From: a virus
Lineage: Duplodnaviria; Caudoviricetes
Strand: one strand, 5' to 3'
Virus record (IMG/VR): IMGVR_UViG_3300037307_000058
Coordinates: 3,910-67,909 of that record
Length of the DNA: 64,000 nt
In this document: positions 55,584 to 64,000 of the stretch, one piece after another
How the letters are laid out: every line of letters begins with the position of its first letter
Numbering within the stretch: position 1 is the stretch's first letter
Position numbers and translations under genes: made by a program
Notes under the pieces: generated by a model
Told to the model about the DNA's origin: nothing
The model's input: the letters and a program-made list of their open reading frames with translations, nothing else
Databases searched by the model: none

Positions 55584-58459
55584 TTGCTGCACACCTCATT
55601 GAGTTTGGTCATAGAGATTTCAAAGCACCGCACCTGACTCGTTGCGTACTTCGTTCCTGCACCGAGTACCTTCTGGCAGTCGCGGCGCGTGATGATGCCG
55701 AGACTGGTCAGCTCGACCTCGATCTTCTTGAAGCTCGCCCTCGCTTCGGTGCAGTACTCATTGAACGCCGCGCGGGACAAGTACAGCACGTGCGTGTCGA
55801 GTTCGTGCCGAATGTTGAGCGGACCTCGCGGTTCCAGCACCACGTTGTCGATGTTGGACGCGCCCTTGGCGTGTAGCACGAGCGAGTTCTGCTGCCGTGT
55901 GGTCAGGTACTCCGACAGGATTTCCGCCGACGACATCTGCGCCTGCTGGTGCGTGAGCCGTGTCTTGGTGATCCGCTTCTTGAACTCCTCAACATCGTCC
56001 TGTGGGTTGAACGGTAGCAGCTTGAGCTTGTACGCGATCATGCCAGCGACGTAGGTAACTGCGATAGCGGCGGTCTGGAAGCGGTCTTCACTTTGTGAGT
56101 TCAGCTCACGCGCGAACCACTCCTCTGTATCGAGCACCAGCTTCTCAACCTTTGCGTAGTTCTTTGTCACGTACTCGGCGAAGAGCGGCCCGATCCAGCC
56201 GTAGTTCCTGTACAGCGCGCGCTTGAACTTGTCCGCTTCGATCTTAACCTCAGTGGAGCGGTCCACTACCTCGAAGTCCAGCGTGAGCAAACGTGCAAGG
56301 TGCGGCGCGATGTTCTTGCCCGACGCGAGGATACGGCTAACGTCGTCGGAGTTCGTCGAGGAGATCACCATCGTCCCCCACGTCAATATGCGCCCGTCGT
56401 GCTCCTTGCCGTGCATGCGCTCCTTGCCGCGCCCGGTCGAGATGTTAAGGAAGAATTCGCGCATCTCGTCGGGATTGCGTTCCGTTGTGTCGTCCCAAAA
56501 CACCGGCAACGAGTGGTGGATGCCGAGATGCAGGTAGAACGCGTTGATCGTTGAACCCTGCTGCCCGCCACCAAGCAAGAGCCAATCGGGCTTGCCCCAC
56601 ATCGAGGCTCCCGCTTCGAGCATCGTCGATTTGCCGCGCCCCGTGTCTCCTGCTGCAGTTATCAGCACGCCCTTGTGGCCAGTCATGTGCAGCAGCGGAG
56701 CACCGAGAGATGCCCACGAGCCGAAACGAAACGCAAACTTCCCCGGCCCCATGTAGAACCTGAAGTTGTCCACGCTATCCTGCAGCGTGCCCATTGTGTG
56801 CATGGCGTTCTTGGTCACGGCGCGCACTTCGCGGTTAGGCACGTGTTCGCGCGAGGTGCCGTCCTTGAAGTAGATGCGATGCGGCACGACGAACGCAGTG
56901 TAATTCTCGTGCCAACCAAGCCGGTCGTACACGCGTTCGCGGTCGATGTCTTGGTGCAGTTGCTTGAGATAGGCTGTCATCATGAACTGATTGCTCTTGG
57001 CTTCCTTCGGGTTGAGCGCAATGCCACTCTGCAGCATGAAAGCGTGCATCTTGCGAAGGTCGCTGAAGATTGCGTTCGGGATGCGAATCTCCGTCCACCC
57101 AACACGGTCGAGCTTGGCCATCCACACCGACATCTCTTCGGCTGCGCCTTCAACGTTCACGTGGCGCAGCAACCGCTTCGGGTAGATGTCGATGGGGCAG
57201 GCGACGTCAACAACGTCGTCTCCGTCCGGGTTCTTGTTAACCAACCCGATGTACACCTTGCCGTTCGCGTCGTGCAGGCGCTTGTACTTGCCGGGTGGCG
57301 CAGGAATGTACGTCGTCGTTTCCTCGGGTACCACAGGAACATCTTCGGCGGTTAGCGGCTCCGCTTGTCGGTACAGGTGCGCGATCTGCGCGGGCGAGCT
57401 GATGCGGGTCCAGTTCGGGCACGCCTCGCAGGTCTCAGGATTCGCTTTCCAGAACGTCGTGCATCGCGTCGGGCCGCTCGGCAGGCCCGCCATCTTGGAG
57501 CGCAGCTCGGCGTCCGAGAACTTCGGGTATCCATCGCTCACCGCCAGCAGCACCGGCTCCTGCGGCTCGCAGAACCGGGCGAGGGCTAGTGCGGCCCTCC
57601 ACTGCGGCTCCGTCGCCGCTGCGCCGCGCGTTGCTACTTGCTCACCAAAAGCGGGACAGACGAACGCCAGCAGGTCGGGGTTCACCGGGTCGTTGGTCGC
57701 CCCGATGTTCCCCTCGCCGCCCAGCACGGCAGGCACGACGGCGGTCTTCGCAGGCCGCACTTGCTGCAGCGCCACGCCCTTGTCGGACAGGTACGACTCC
57801 AACGGAGCTGAAATGTCGAGCGCAGTCGCTTCGGGCGCAGCGCTCAGCACTTCCACCCACAGCGCAGGCTCCTTCTTGAAGTTGAGCGTACCGACAGGGC
57901 GAAGCACGCGCGCGATGTCGGCGGTCACGGCGTGGTCCGCCTTCAGGCCGAAGGCACCGCACGCGGCCTTGAGTTGTTCTGCTATCGCGCGCCACTCGGT
58001 AGGCTCAAGCTCCTCCGACAGCCGCCAGTACGCGTGCACGCCGTAGCCACTGCTGACCTTGGTTGGTTCCGGCAGTCCGACTTCGGCGCAGAACTCGGTA
58101 AGCGCCGTGAGCGCTTCGTCCTGCGAGAAGTATCCGACTCCACCCTTGGCGTCGATGTCGAGGAAGAACGTACGCAGCACGCGCACGTTGGCGTGCGTCC
58201 TGCGCTCCCACGCGCCGATTTCACCACGGTAGTCCTTCTTGGTCTTGTTCCAGACCTTCTCTTCCTTGAACGACGCCAGCGCGTAGTACACGTCGCGCTG
58301 CTCCCACAACCACTTCGTGATCTGCGTGTACGCGTCGTCGAGCGTTTCGACCGACACGTTGACCCACACCTTGTTGCCGTTGTCCAACGTGCGAGGAGTG
58401 GCGATGATGTACCACCCCTCTTCGGGCAGCATCGCCGCCATGAACTCGCGCGGCGTCAT
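55580..58459 (-). CDS. Primase-helicase: N-terminal AEP/RepB-type primase, PriCT/Zn region, C-terminal DUF927 SF3-like helicase
   Basis: FFLDIDAK, VSSGYGVHAYW, RVLRPVGTLN; C...CEAC; Walker A GDTGRGKST. Confidence 0.9.
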   Translation of the reverse strand: MTPREFMAAMLPEEGWYIIATPRTLDNGNKVWVNVSVETLDDAYTQITKWLWEQRDVYYALASFKEEKVWNKTKKDYRGEIGAWERRTHANVRVLRTFFLDIDAKGGVGYFSQDEALTALTEFCAEVGLPEPTKVSSGYGVHAYWRLSEELEPTEWRAIAEQLKAACGAFGLKADHAVTADIARVLRPVGTLNFKKEPALWVEVLSAAPEATALDISAPLESYLSDKGVALQQVRPAKTAVVPAVLGGEGNIGATNDPVNPDLLAFVCPAFGEQVATRGAAATEPQWRAALALARFCEPQEPVLLAVSDGYPKFSDAELRSKMAGLPSGPTRCTTFWKANPETCEACPNWTRISSPAQIAHLYRQAEPLTAEDVPVVPEETTTYIPAPPGKYKRLHDANGKVYIGLVNKNPDGDDVVDVACPIDIYPKRLLRHVNVEGAAEEMSVWMAKLDRVGWTEIRIPNAIFSDLRKMHAFMLQSGIALNPKEAKSNQFMMTAYLKQLHQDIDRERVYDRLGWHENYTAFVVPHRIYFKDGTSREHVPNREVRAVTKNAMHTMGTLQDSVDNFRFYMGPGKFAFRFGSWASLGAPLLHMTGHKGVLITAAGDTGRGKSTMLEAGASMWGKPDWLLLGGGQQGSTINAFYLHLGIHHSLPVFWDDTTERNPDEMREFFLNISTGRGKERMHGKEHDGRILTWGTMVISSTNSDDVSRILASGKNIAPHLARLLTLDFEVVDRSTEVKIEADKFKRALYRNYGWIGPLFAEYVTKNYAKVEKLVLDTEEWFARELNSQSEDRFQTAAIAVTYVAGMIAYKLKLLPFNPQDDVEEFKKRITKTRLTHQQAQMSSAEILSEYLTTRQQNSLVLHAKGASNIDNVVLEPRGPLNIRHELDTHVLYLSRAAFNEYCTEARASFKKIEVELTSLGIITRRDCQKVLGAGTKYATSQVRCFEISMTKLNEVCSK

Positions 58460-58788
58460 AGCAACCTCGTATCGAGAATCCTGTACAGAGCGGCGGCGCG
58501 CTCGTCCACCGTGCCGACCAGCGGCTTCGGTGTGTTCGACGAGAGAAACGCCTTCTCGATGCTACGAATCAACTTCGTGATGGGCTTCGCGCGCTCCTTC
58601 GGCACGTTGCCCGTGTACATCCACCGATAGACAGTATCGGCACTGACATCCAGCAGCTCCGCGAACGTCGGTGCTGGAACCCCAAACTTCAGTGATGCTG
58701 CGGCGAGTTGCGTGCCGGGATTGTTTGGCTCCTCCACCAAACGATCACGAATCAACGTTCTCGACCGTGCGGACATGGCGCGCGGCAT
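58456..58788 (-). CDS. HTH DNA-binding protein (Cro/XRE-like)
   Basis: PTFAELLDVSADTVYRWMYTG; start reassigned to MPRAM with AGGAG RBS. Confidence 0.8.
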   Translation of the reverse strand: MPRAMSARSRTLIRDRLVEEPNNPGTQLAAASLKFGVPAPTFAELLDVSADTVYRWMYTGNVPKERAKPITKLIRSIEKAFLSSNTPKPLVGTVDERAAALYRILDTRLL

Positions 58789-58809
58789 TGGCGACTCCTG
58801 AAGCAAGGC

Positions 58810-58827
58810 GGGGGGCCGTAGCCCCCC
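58810..58827 (-). terminator. Hairpin with UACG tetraloop after the SSB-like gene
   Basis: Minus strand GGGGGGC-TACG-GCCCCCC; weak U-tract. Confidence 0.55.
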
Positions 58828-58853
58828 TGAACCTTGTTGGTTGACGTGCGGTG

Positions 58854-59870
58854 TCAGTCGTCCCACTCGTCAACCAGCGCGTCCACCCCCTTCCCCTTCT
58901 TCGCCGGGGCCGCGCTCTCCTCGACCTTCTTGCGCGCGGGGACGCGGGCCTTCACCTCCTCCATCGGAGTCGTTTCGACCTTGGCCTTCTTCGTCGGGGG
59001 CGGCGGCGCGTCGTCGTCGTCCTCAACCTTCGGCGGCTTCTTGGACGGCTTGACCGGAGCGACGACCTCCTCTTCCTCGTCCTTGCTCTCCCCGGCCTTC
59101 TCGTCGCCCGTCTTGCGCGCCGCTGCGGCAGCCTCGGACGCCTGCAGGAGCGCAGCGATGCGCTCGTCCTTGGTCATCGGGCCGTAGATTTCCAGCTCCT
59201 CGTCCGTAAGCCAGCGAGACGCGCCGAAGATGAGCTTGGGGTATTCGAGCCGCGAGTCGAACTTGATCTTGGTCGCGACCATCGCCGTGTGGTTGCACCC
59301 ACGAGCGCGCAGCATGTCGAGGTACTGGTCCCACGCGTAGAACCCCTTGGCTTCGTTCTCCTCGTTGTTCTTGTCCCACATCGAGGTTTGCGCGAGCCGC
59401 AGGAGCAGCGGCGGGAAGTCGGTGGCACCGAGCGGCACAACCGCCAGCCGCTTGAACACGGAGCACGCCGTCGTCTCCTTGCCGTTGGGCGTGATCTTGC
59501 TGCCCTTCTTGCTGAACTCGCAGGTCGCGCAGGTCTTCGCGCGCGGCTCCTTCACCGACTCGTCGGGCGTCTCGCCGTCCATCGACCAGCAGGCGGGCGG
59601 CTGCGACTTGCCCGCTTCGTACGCGCCTTCGTAGTACGCGCGGCTGCGCGACTTGTTGTGGTCGAGCACGACGACGTGCACCGTGCTGATCGGCTCGTCG
59701 TCCTTGGTGAGCACGGTCTCCACACCGTCGAGCACGGTGCGCCACACCTTGCCACGGAACGAGAGCTGGTTGATCGTGTTCTTCGGGCCGATGTTGCCTT
59801 CCTCGCCGAAAAAGGCGGTGATGTGCGCCGGGACTTGTTTGCTTTCGCTGAACGGAACGAGCTTGGTCAT
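58854..59870 (-). CDS. Putative ssDNA-binding / replication accessory protein with Zn motif and acidic tail
   Basis: C...CATCEF...ACS motif, low-complexity linker, C-terminal VDEWDD; in the replication module. Confidence 0.6.
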   Translation of the reverse strand: MTKLVPFSESKQVPAHITAFFGEEGNIGPKNTINQLSFRGKVWRTVLDGVETVLTKDDEPISTVHVVVLDHNKSRSRAYYEGAYEAGKSQPPACWSMDGETPDESVKEPRAKTCATCEFSKKGSKITPNGKETTACSVFKRLAVVPLGATDFPPLLLRLAQTSMWDKNNEENEAKGFYAWDQYLDMLRARGCNHTAMVATKIKFDSRLEYPKLIFGASRWLTDEELEIYGPMTKDERIAALLQASEAAAAARKTGDEKAGESKDEEEEVVAPVKPSKKPPKVEDDDDAPPPPTKKAKVETTPMEEVKARVPARKKVEESAAPAKKGKGVDALVDEWDD

Positions 59871-59881
59871 GTGTTGTTCTC

Positions 59882-60106
59882 CTAGAACGTGGTTGGCTGC
59901 GCGACGGAACGAACCGCCGCCATGATGCCCTGCTGCAGGTGCGTTTCGGCGATGCTGACCCAGCGCTGGTCGTACTCCTTGGTCGAGCGCAACGACTCGA
60001 TCATGACCGCCAGCAGCTCGCCTTGCTTCTTGATTGCGTTGATCTGCCCGATCTCGTGCTCCGTGAGTTCGCGGTAGCCCCTGATGTACTTGTGCTGGTT
60101 GTCCAT
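59882..60106 (-). CDS. acb2: Anti-CBASS Acb2-family cyclic-oligonucleotide sponge
   Basis: MDNQHKYIRGYRELTEHEIGQINAIK...RWVSIAETHLQQGIMAAVRSVAQPTTF closely follows the recalled Acb2 pattern MDNQHKKIKGYRDL...N..K...RW..I..T..Q.G.MA..RAIAQP.SF, with Y11 and K26 in register. Confidence 0.9.
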   Translation of the reverse strand: MDNQHKYIRGYRELTEHEIGQINAIKKQGELLAVMIESLRSTKEYDQRWVSIAETHLQQGIMAAVRSVAQPTTF

Positions 60107-60107
60107 G

Positions 60108-60668
60108 CTAGTCCCTCGCCGGAACGAGTTGCGCGAAGACCTTCTGCAGATGCACCGCTTGCGCCTTGGCGTCTTCCAGCGCGTTGTGCGGGACGAGCGG
60201 CTTCACGTAGGGGATGTTGGGAGCGAGCGCCTTCATCGTGCGGAAGCAGCGGTCGTCGTAGAAACGGAACGGCGCGACACCGCCCAACTGGTCGTACGCG
60301 TTACGCACGATAACGTTGTCGAACCCCGCGCCGTTACCCCACGTCGGCATCGGCGTTTGGCCGAACCACACGAAGAACCGCGACAGCGCGTGATCGAGCG
60401 GCAGGTTGGGGTCCGCGCGCAGCACCGCACGCGCCTCGTTGGACTGGTCCATCCACCACATCACCGTGCGCCCTTCGACGTGCAGCTCGGCCTCGATGCA
60501 CGAGCCGAGATCGACGGACACGTGGAAGTGCTGGTACTCCGGGTCGTTCGGGTCTCCCAACTCGCCGACCGGCCCTCGCGGGTCGAACTTCACCGCGCCG
60601 ATTGCCACGATAGCTGCATTGGAACGCACGCTCATCGTCTCAATGTCCAGCATGACTTCAAGCGACAT
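60108..60668 (-). CDS. DnaQ/DEDDh-like 3'-5' exonuclease (DUF5051-like)
   Basis: VMLDIETM, WGNGAGFD, HNALEDA. Confidence 0.9.
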   Translation of the reverse strand: MSLEVMLDIETMSVRSNAAIVAIGAVKFDPRGPVGELGDPNDPEYQHFHVSVDLGSCIEAELHVEGRTVMWWMDQSNEARAVLRADPNLPLDHALSRFFVWFGQTPMPTWGNGAGFDNVIVRNAYDQLGGVAPFRFYDDRCFRTMKALAPNIPYVKPLVPHNALEDAKAQAVHLQKVFAQLVPARD

Positions 60669-61077
60669 CTGCCTCTCCCTTCTTGCGGTTGGATCGGACG
60701 CGCATGCGGTTCTCGCGAAAGAAGTTCACACCCGGCGGCAGCTTGCCGTCGTTCGCGTCCATGTACTCCTTGACGTGCCCGAGCGACACGCGCTGCTCGT
60801 AGAACAGCAAGTCGCCCTGCTCCTGAACGAACGAGCGGAACACCTCAGCATCCGCCATCGACACGTGCTGCTCCTCGCCGATGTACGCCGTCCCGTCGTC
60901 CGTCTTGAACTGCTTGACACCCTGCTCCTGCGCGCGACGCAGGAGTTCGTTCTCGACCGTCCGAAGGTCCGTCTTCAGTTGGTCGTCCTTGCCTTCGTAC
61001 TGCTCCTTCAACTCGGAGCGTGCGTTCCTGATACGCACGAACGTGCGCACCAGTGCTTCTGTCGTGGGCGCTGCCAT
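60658..61077 (-). CDS. Conserved replication-module coiled-coil protein (139 aa)
   Basis: ORF track; helical N-terminus, FKTDDGTAY, KLPPGVN. Confidence 0.8.
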   Translation of the reverse strand: MAAPTTEALVRTFVRIRNARSELKEQYEGKDDQLKTDLRTVENELLRRAQEQGVKQFKTDDGTAYIGEEQHVSMADAEVFRSFVQEQGDLLFYEQRVSLGHVKEYMDANDGKLPPGVNFFRENRMRVRSNRKKGEADVA

Positions 61078-61102
61078 GTTGACCCCTTATAGTTGGACCG
61101 CT

Positions 61103-61131
61103 ATGGTAGCCGGTCTATTGACGGATCGCAA
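61103..61131 (-). promoter_or_regulatory. Putative sigma70 promoter
   Basis: Minus strand TTGCGA-17-TACCAT in the gap before 60658..61077. Confidence 0.6.
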
Positions 61132-61153
61132 CAAGAAAAAATGCCTAATTGAA

Positions 61154-62713
61154 TCAGTCCTCTTTGAGCGTTCGGTTGTACAGATCAAGTATCGTCTCCT
61201 GCGACACCTTGCGTCCTTCGACCTGCTGGTAAATCTGCCACTCCAACGAGTGCCCGCCGATGCGAATGATTGTCATCGGGCGAGTTTGACCGGGGCGGTT
61301 AATACGCTCCATCACCTGCTGGTCCTGCTCGTTGCTGTAGATCGGCGCATAGAAGATCAGCATGTCCGCCTCAGTCAATGTCAGACCGTGTGCCATGACC
61401 TGCGGATGGCACAGCAATAGGTGCGGGTCTTTCTCCTCCTTGAACCTGCGGAAGATTTCGTTTCGCTTCGTGGCAGACACATCGCCGTTCACGATGGCGC
61501 ACGCGTAGTCGTTTTCCAGCTCCTCCATGAGCGCTCGCGTGATCCCCTTGTATGGGACGATCACAAGCACCTTCGCGCTGGCCTGCTCGATGCACTCCTT
61601 CAGCACGCGCAGGCGCGGCTCGTGCGGCAGCACGACGTACTCTCCGGTGTCGGGGTCGCGCATGCTGCCGCACAGAATCTGCCGCAGCTTACTGATCTTG
61701 TCTGCCGCATTGACTGCGCTCACTTCCTTGCCGCCCACCTCGGCGACGAAGAAGTTCTTCATGCGCCTGAACTCGCGCAGTTGTTCCTTAGACAGCTCGC
61801 ACTCACGCGACTCGTACGTGACCGGCGGCAGGTCGATGCAATCACGCTTGCGGAACCGCACGGCGGGTTGCAGCGCCTCGAACACGGCGTGCTCCGACCC
61901 CTCGCGCGGCTTCCACTTGTATGTCGTGACCTGCTGCATGACCCGCGAGCGCCACGAACTGAAGTAGACCGGCACCTTGCTCTTGTCCACGAGCTTCGCA
62001 AGCGCGTACGCGTCAGTCGGAGCGTTGGGGCACGGCGTGCCTGTCATGAGCCACAGGCGGTGGTACGGCTGGATGATGCGGGTCAACGTCTTGTACCGCT
62101 CGGTCATCGCGTTACGGTACGCCGCCGCCTCGTCGATGATGATGAGGTTGATGTCGGGCCGCGCCTTCAACGTGCGCTCGATGATCTCCAACCCCTCGTA
62201 GTTGATGATGTAGAAGTCCGCGCCCGACTGCAGCAGGCGCAGTCGCTTGTCTTGGTTGCCGTGGAGCACAACCGCCGTGCGGTGCATGACGAACCGGAAC
62301 GCCTCGTCTCGCCACACGCGTACCAGCGTGGACAGCGGGCCGACGACCAGCGCTCCCTTCACCTCGCCCGCGTTCATCAGGTAGTCCGCCGCCCACAGCG
62401 CACTGGCGGTCTTGCTCGTGCCCATTTCGTTGAGCACGAACCCCTTGCGGTGCAGGGTCAGGAACTCCGATGTCTCGATCTGATGCTTGAACGGCTTGTA
62501 CGGCCCCGGCCAGTGGTACTTGTGCCGGATAGGCGACGGCACGGGAATGCCGATGTTGCGCAGTACGCGCGTCGTGTCTAGCGTGTGCTCGACGGCGAGG
62601 TTGTGCTTCTTCCAATCAACTTCCTCGGTCAAGCCGGGAAGATACTTCCGAATGGCTTGCGGGTTACGCACCCGCAGGAACACGCGGTCGTTTGGTGTGT
62701 CAAGGATCATCAC
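61154..62713 (-). CDS. SNF2-family (SF2) helicase
   Basis: EMGTSKT, IIIDEA, LMTGTP, HGLTL, QVMERINRPGQ. Confidence 0.93.
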   Translation of the reverse strand: MMILDTPNDRVFLRVRNPQAIRKYLPGLTEEVDWKKHNLAVEHTLDTTRVLRNIGIPVPSPIRHKYHWPGPYKPFKHQIETSEFLTLHRKGFVLNEMGTSKTASALWAADYLMNAGEVKGALVVGPLSTLVRVWRDEAFRFVMHRTAVVLHGNQDKRLRLLQSGADFYIINYEGLEIIERTLKARPDINLIIIDEAAAYRNAMTERYKTLTRIIQPYHRLWLMTGTPCPNAPTDAYALAKLVDKSKVPVYFSSWRSRVMQQVTTYKWKPREGSEHAVFEALQPAVRFRKRDCIDLPPVTYESRECELSKEQLREFRRMKNFFVAEVGGKEVSAVNAADKISKLRQILCGSMRDPDTGEYVVLPHEPRLRVLKECIEQASAKVLVIVPYKGITRALMEELENDYACAIVNGDVSATKRNEIFRRFKEEKDPHLLLCHPQVMAHGLTLTEADMLIFYAPIYSNEQDQQVMERINRPGQTRPMTIIRIGGHSLEWQIYQQVEGRKVSQETILDLYNRTLKED

Positions 62714-63045
62714 TTACTCCACGTGTTGCGCCGCTTGTGCTCCATTACGTGACGGTACAACCACTGCTCCAGCTCTTCGAGCTGTGGGTCGTCCACCGCG
62801 CGTATCACGAACACGGGGGCCAGCGATGCTTCGACTTCCTTGCGTGTTTTCTGCTGGCGCGGCGTGAGTTCGTCGGTGAGCTTGGCCTTGGTCTCGATCT
62901 CGAAGTGCAGGCCGCAGCATGACCCCACGCAGTCGAGCATCGGAGACCCCATGCCGTTCTGCACTGGCCAGTACGCCTTCACCAGCGGCTTGTACGCGTC
63001 GAGCAGTTCCTTCACCTTCTTCTTGACTCGTCCTTCAGGAGTCAT
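62710..63045 (-). CDS. VRR-NUC domain nuclease
   Basis: MTPEGRVKKKVK..., GSPMLD, FEIETKA, TPRQ. Confidence 0.85.
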   Translation of the reverse strand: MTPEGRVKKKVKELLDAYKPLVKAYWPVQNGMGSPMLDCVGSCCGLHFEIETKAKLTDELTPRQQKTRKEVEASLAPVFVIRAVDDPQLEELEQWLYRHVMEHKRRNTWSK

Positions 63046-63410
63046 CGTTTTTCCTTCCAGTAGTTGTAATGGGCGCGGCACGTGAGCCGCTGCGTGCCGT
63101 CCTGCATCGTCCACGCCGTTCGCGCTTGCTCTCGACACTTCGGCTCATCGCAGGCTGCGTAGACTTCCGTCATGCGGCACCGTGGGCACCCATAGCCGCT
63201 CGCGCCATCCCCATCGGAGTACGGCCCGTAGAGGAGGTCGGCAGTCTTCCACACACGCCTGCAGTTGGCGCATCGCCACCGTTGCGGGAGTGTCAGCATG
63301 GCCCCAATCCTGTCGCCTTCCTTCCCGAAGGAAATGAACCCAACGTCGCCGCGTTCGTTGCTGATGACGGCGCAGATCGGGGTGAACGAGCTAGAGTCCC
63401 AGCGCATCAA
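63042..63410 (-). CDS. Zn-finger protein with three CxxC-like motifs; true start possibly 63299
   Basis: CANC, CPRC, C....C, C..H. Confidence 0.65.
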   Translation of the reverse strand: MMRWDSSSFTPICAVISNERGDVGFISFGKEGDRIGAMLTLPQRWRCANCRRVWKTADLLYGPYSDGDGASGYGCPRCRMTEVYAACDEPKCREQARTAWTMQDGTQRLTCRAHYNYWKEKR

Positions 63411-63714
63411 GTATCTGCATCACGAGTTCACGGCGTTGCTTGCGCAGCGCGGTCACCGTTGCGCGTTCCGCGTCGAGCTGTCGCTGCAAATCGAGGATGC
63501 CGCCAGCCTTCGCTTCCTCCATGCGCTTCTCGCCATCCATAAGGCCCGCAACGTAGCGCTCTTCGAGCATGTCTCGCGCGCGGTTGATCGCCGCTGCTTC
63601 GCCGTCATCGTACCCTTCCTGCCACGCCTGCGTAAGCTTGCGGGTCAGTACTGCGTCCGCCTTGACCAACTCCGCAGGCTTCTTCTTCACCGTCATATTT
63701 CTCTCCTTGGTCAA
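63391..63714 (-). CDS. Coiled-coil hypothetical protein (107 aa)
   Basis: AAGGAG RBS; GYDDG / GLMDG pattern. Confidence 0.75.
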   Translation of the reverse strand: MTKERNMTVKKKPAELVKADAVLTRKLTQAWQEGYDDGEAAAINRARDMLEERYVAGLMDGEKRMEEAKAGGILDLQRQLDAERATVTALRKQRRELVMQILDALGL

Positions 63715-63773
63715 TGCAGCGGCTGACGTAAACCACCGTCAGCGCACTGCTACTACACTTCCGAACTGCTGTA

Positions 63774-63980
63774 CTACTTGCCCGTGACGACCTTCAGCAC
63801 ACGCGTCAGGAGACTCGGCTTGGGCATGCCGACGCCTTCCTTCTTCGCTGGCTCCGCTGCCTTGGACGGCGGCTTGTCACCTGCGGCTTCGTCGATTTGC
63901 TCGTCGAGATCACGCCCTCTGTTTCTGAGCGTGTCGTACGTAGACTGCGGCTTGCGCGGCTTCGGCATTCCTTCGGCCAT
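63774..63980 (-). CDS. Small Pro/Lys-rich hypothetical protein (68 aa)
   Basis: GGAGG RBS; ORF track. Confidence 0.65.
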   Translation of the reverse strand: MAEGMPKPRKPQSTYDTLRNRGRDLDEQIDEAAGDKPPSKAAEPAKKEGVGMPKPSLLTRVLKVVTGK

Positions 63981-64000
63981 GTCACTTCCTCCGTTTCGGT

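Larger units (their letters stand above)
1..64000. mobile_element. Tailed dsDNA bacteriophage genome segment (podovirus-like; lifestyle undetermined)
   Basis: Terminase, portal, N4-gp56-type capsid, endolysin, tail genes and phage replication module in three co-oriented blocks; no bacterial housekeeping genes; no integrase in window. Confidence 0.97.

Noticed and set aside
1-64000. Stop-codon reassignment or prophage boundaries
   Set aside because: Genes end cleanly on TAA, TAG and TGA with tight coupling to the next start; no host genes, att-like junction or integrase are visible

Overview
The window is one continuous stretch of a GC-rich tailed dsDNA phage genome, probably podovirus-like. 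There are no host genes, and both edges run on into further phage sequence. It has three blocks. (1) 1-12.7 kb: a leftward early/accessory arm of about 29 mostly small genes, including an AAA+ ATPase / HExxH-vWA / DUF3150-like trio. It is punctuated by seven exact copies plus one variant of the 18-bp palindrome GTGTTAACGCGTTAACAC and by seven of the eight copies of an oriented motif (consensus GCGGTAGTGTAGT on the minus strand). It also holds a perfect sigma70 promoter feeding a ~560-nt hairpin-rich, apparently non-coding leader, and an AT-rich segment with direct repeats and IHF-consensus sites. (2) 12.9-54.1 kb: a rightward morphogenesis arm with TerS-like and TerL genes, portal, scaffold, N4-gp56-type major capsid, adaptor, cysteine-free internal/ejection proteins (one of 2316 aa), a lambda-R-type endolysin fused to a membrane domain, and a ~21-kb block of tail/fibre genes. 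(3) 54.1-64 kb: a leftward replication arm with DUF3310, an AEP primase-DUF927 helicase, an HTH protein, an SSB-like protein, a clear Acb2 (anti-CBASS sponge) homologue, a DnaQ-like exonuclease, an SNF2 helicase and a VRR-NUC nuclease. I saw no integrase, DNA polymerase, reverse transcriptase, tRNA or CRISPR array in the window. The best candidate for an undescribed system is the bipartite cis-element network (oriented motif plus GTTAAC palindrome) that divides the early arm into units, together with the non-canonical AAA/vWA trio and the structured RNA it flanks. All protein family calls come from motif recognition by eye, without database searches. Several start codons were reassigned from the ORF track using RBS or stop/start overlap evidence.
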